Shown here piece by piece: positions 52,179 through 52,513 of a stretch of 52,513 nt of DNA (position 1 is its first letter; every line of letters begins with the position of its first letter). The position numbers and the translations under genes were made by a program. The stretch spans positions 1-52,513 of IMG/VR virus record IMGVR_UViG_3300031565_000048; one strand, given 5' to 3'. This stretch comes from a virus (taxonomy: Duplodnaviria > Caudoviricetes). The notes beneath the pieces were generated by a model, which was not told where the DNA came from, did not search any database, and was given only the letters and a program-made list of their open reading frames with translations.

Positions 52179-52354
52179 TTTATTTCTATCCTCTTACTAT
52201 CTGATTTAGCGGAGTCATGTATTTCTCTAATTTTTTGATGACGTTCTTGGACAGTTCCATGCCACTTATAAGAACCCATCAATCGAGTCCGATCTTTGCC
52301 TGTTAATTCGTTTTCCCACCAACGGATTATTTTATGAATATCCATTTTACTCAT
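52175..52354 (-). CDS. Small hypothetical cassette protein (59 aa)
   Basis: Flanked by two sites with the core TCAGATA. Confidence 0.55.
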   Translation of the reverse strand: MSKMDIHKIIRWWENELTGKDRTRLMGSYKWHGTVQERHQKIREIHDSAKSDSKRIEIK

Positions 52355-52386
52355 TTTTCATCGTCCTCTTAATATCTGAATCCATT

Positions 52387-52513
52387 GATTCGTTGACTGC
52401 CTGAGTTAGATTCCAATCATATTCTGTGAAAATGTCGATTATGTTCTGGTGCCTTTGTTGCATTAACCATTTCTTGAACTGTTTTCTGCCTTCTTCTTGT
52501 CCTCTAGTTTGGT
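52387..52513. repeat. Terminal overlap, copy 2
   Basis: Exact match to 1-127. Confidence 0.95.

Larger units (their letters stand above)
46980..52388. repeat. Junction sites WCC-N19-GGW, right part of the array
   Basis: 25-bp sites start at 46980, 47084, 47313, 47497 (CCC variant), 47815, 48182, 48408, 48630, 49241, 49449, 49750, 50187, 50398, 51125, 51330, 51354, 51853, 52046, 52189 and 52364 (TGA variant). Confidence 0.88.

Noticed and set aside
46980-52388. Junction motif as merely Shine-Dalgarno sequence or a shared C-terminal peptide (S-x6-RT)
   Set aside because: An SD explains GGA but not WCC exactly 22 nt away or the shared cores. Sites occur in different frames, after stop codons, and away from start codons.

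Overview
This looks like a complete, circular genome of about 52,386 bp from a tailed (HK97-fold, siphovirus-like) archaeal virus. Bases 1-127 are repeated exactly at 52387-52513, and an ORF reads through that junction. Nearly all credible genes are on the minus strand. The modules are: packaging and head genes (TerS, TerL, portal, MuF-like, protease-scaffold, MCP), an 8.5-kb glycosylation island after the MCP, neck and tail genes with two homing-type endonucleases, a replication block (MCM, single-strand annealing protein, wHTH and RHH proteins, ParB-like), and about 10 kb of small accessory ORFs spanning the contig join. The MCM C-terminus suggests a Bathyarchaeia/TACK host (inference). The main unexplained signal is in the accessory region. 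About 30 copies of a fixed-length 25-bp site, WCC-N19-GGW, sit at gene junctions. Read as 9-7-9, the central 7-bp cores recur identically and in a conserved order. This resembles an integron-like or cassette-exchange system, yet I see no site-specific recombinase in the genome. Other signals are a UCC-UUU-CGC +1 frameshift in the tail chaperone, a recoded gene-end duplication around an endonuclease, an H-type pseudoknot in the MCP leader, and a candidate antisense sRNA. All family calls come from reading motifs by eye; no database searches were run.
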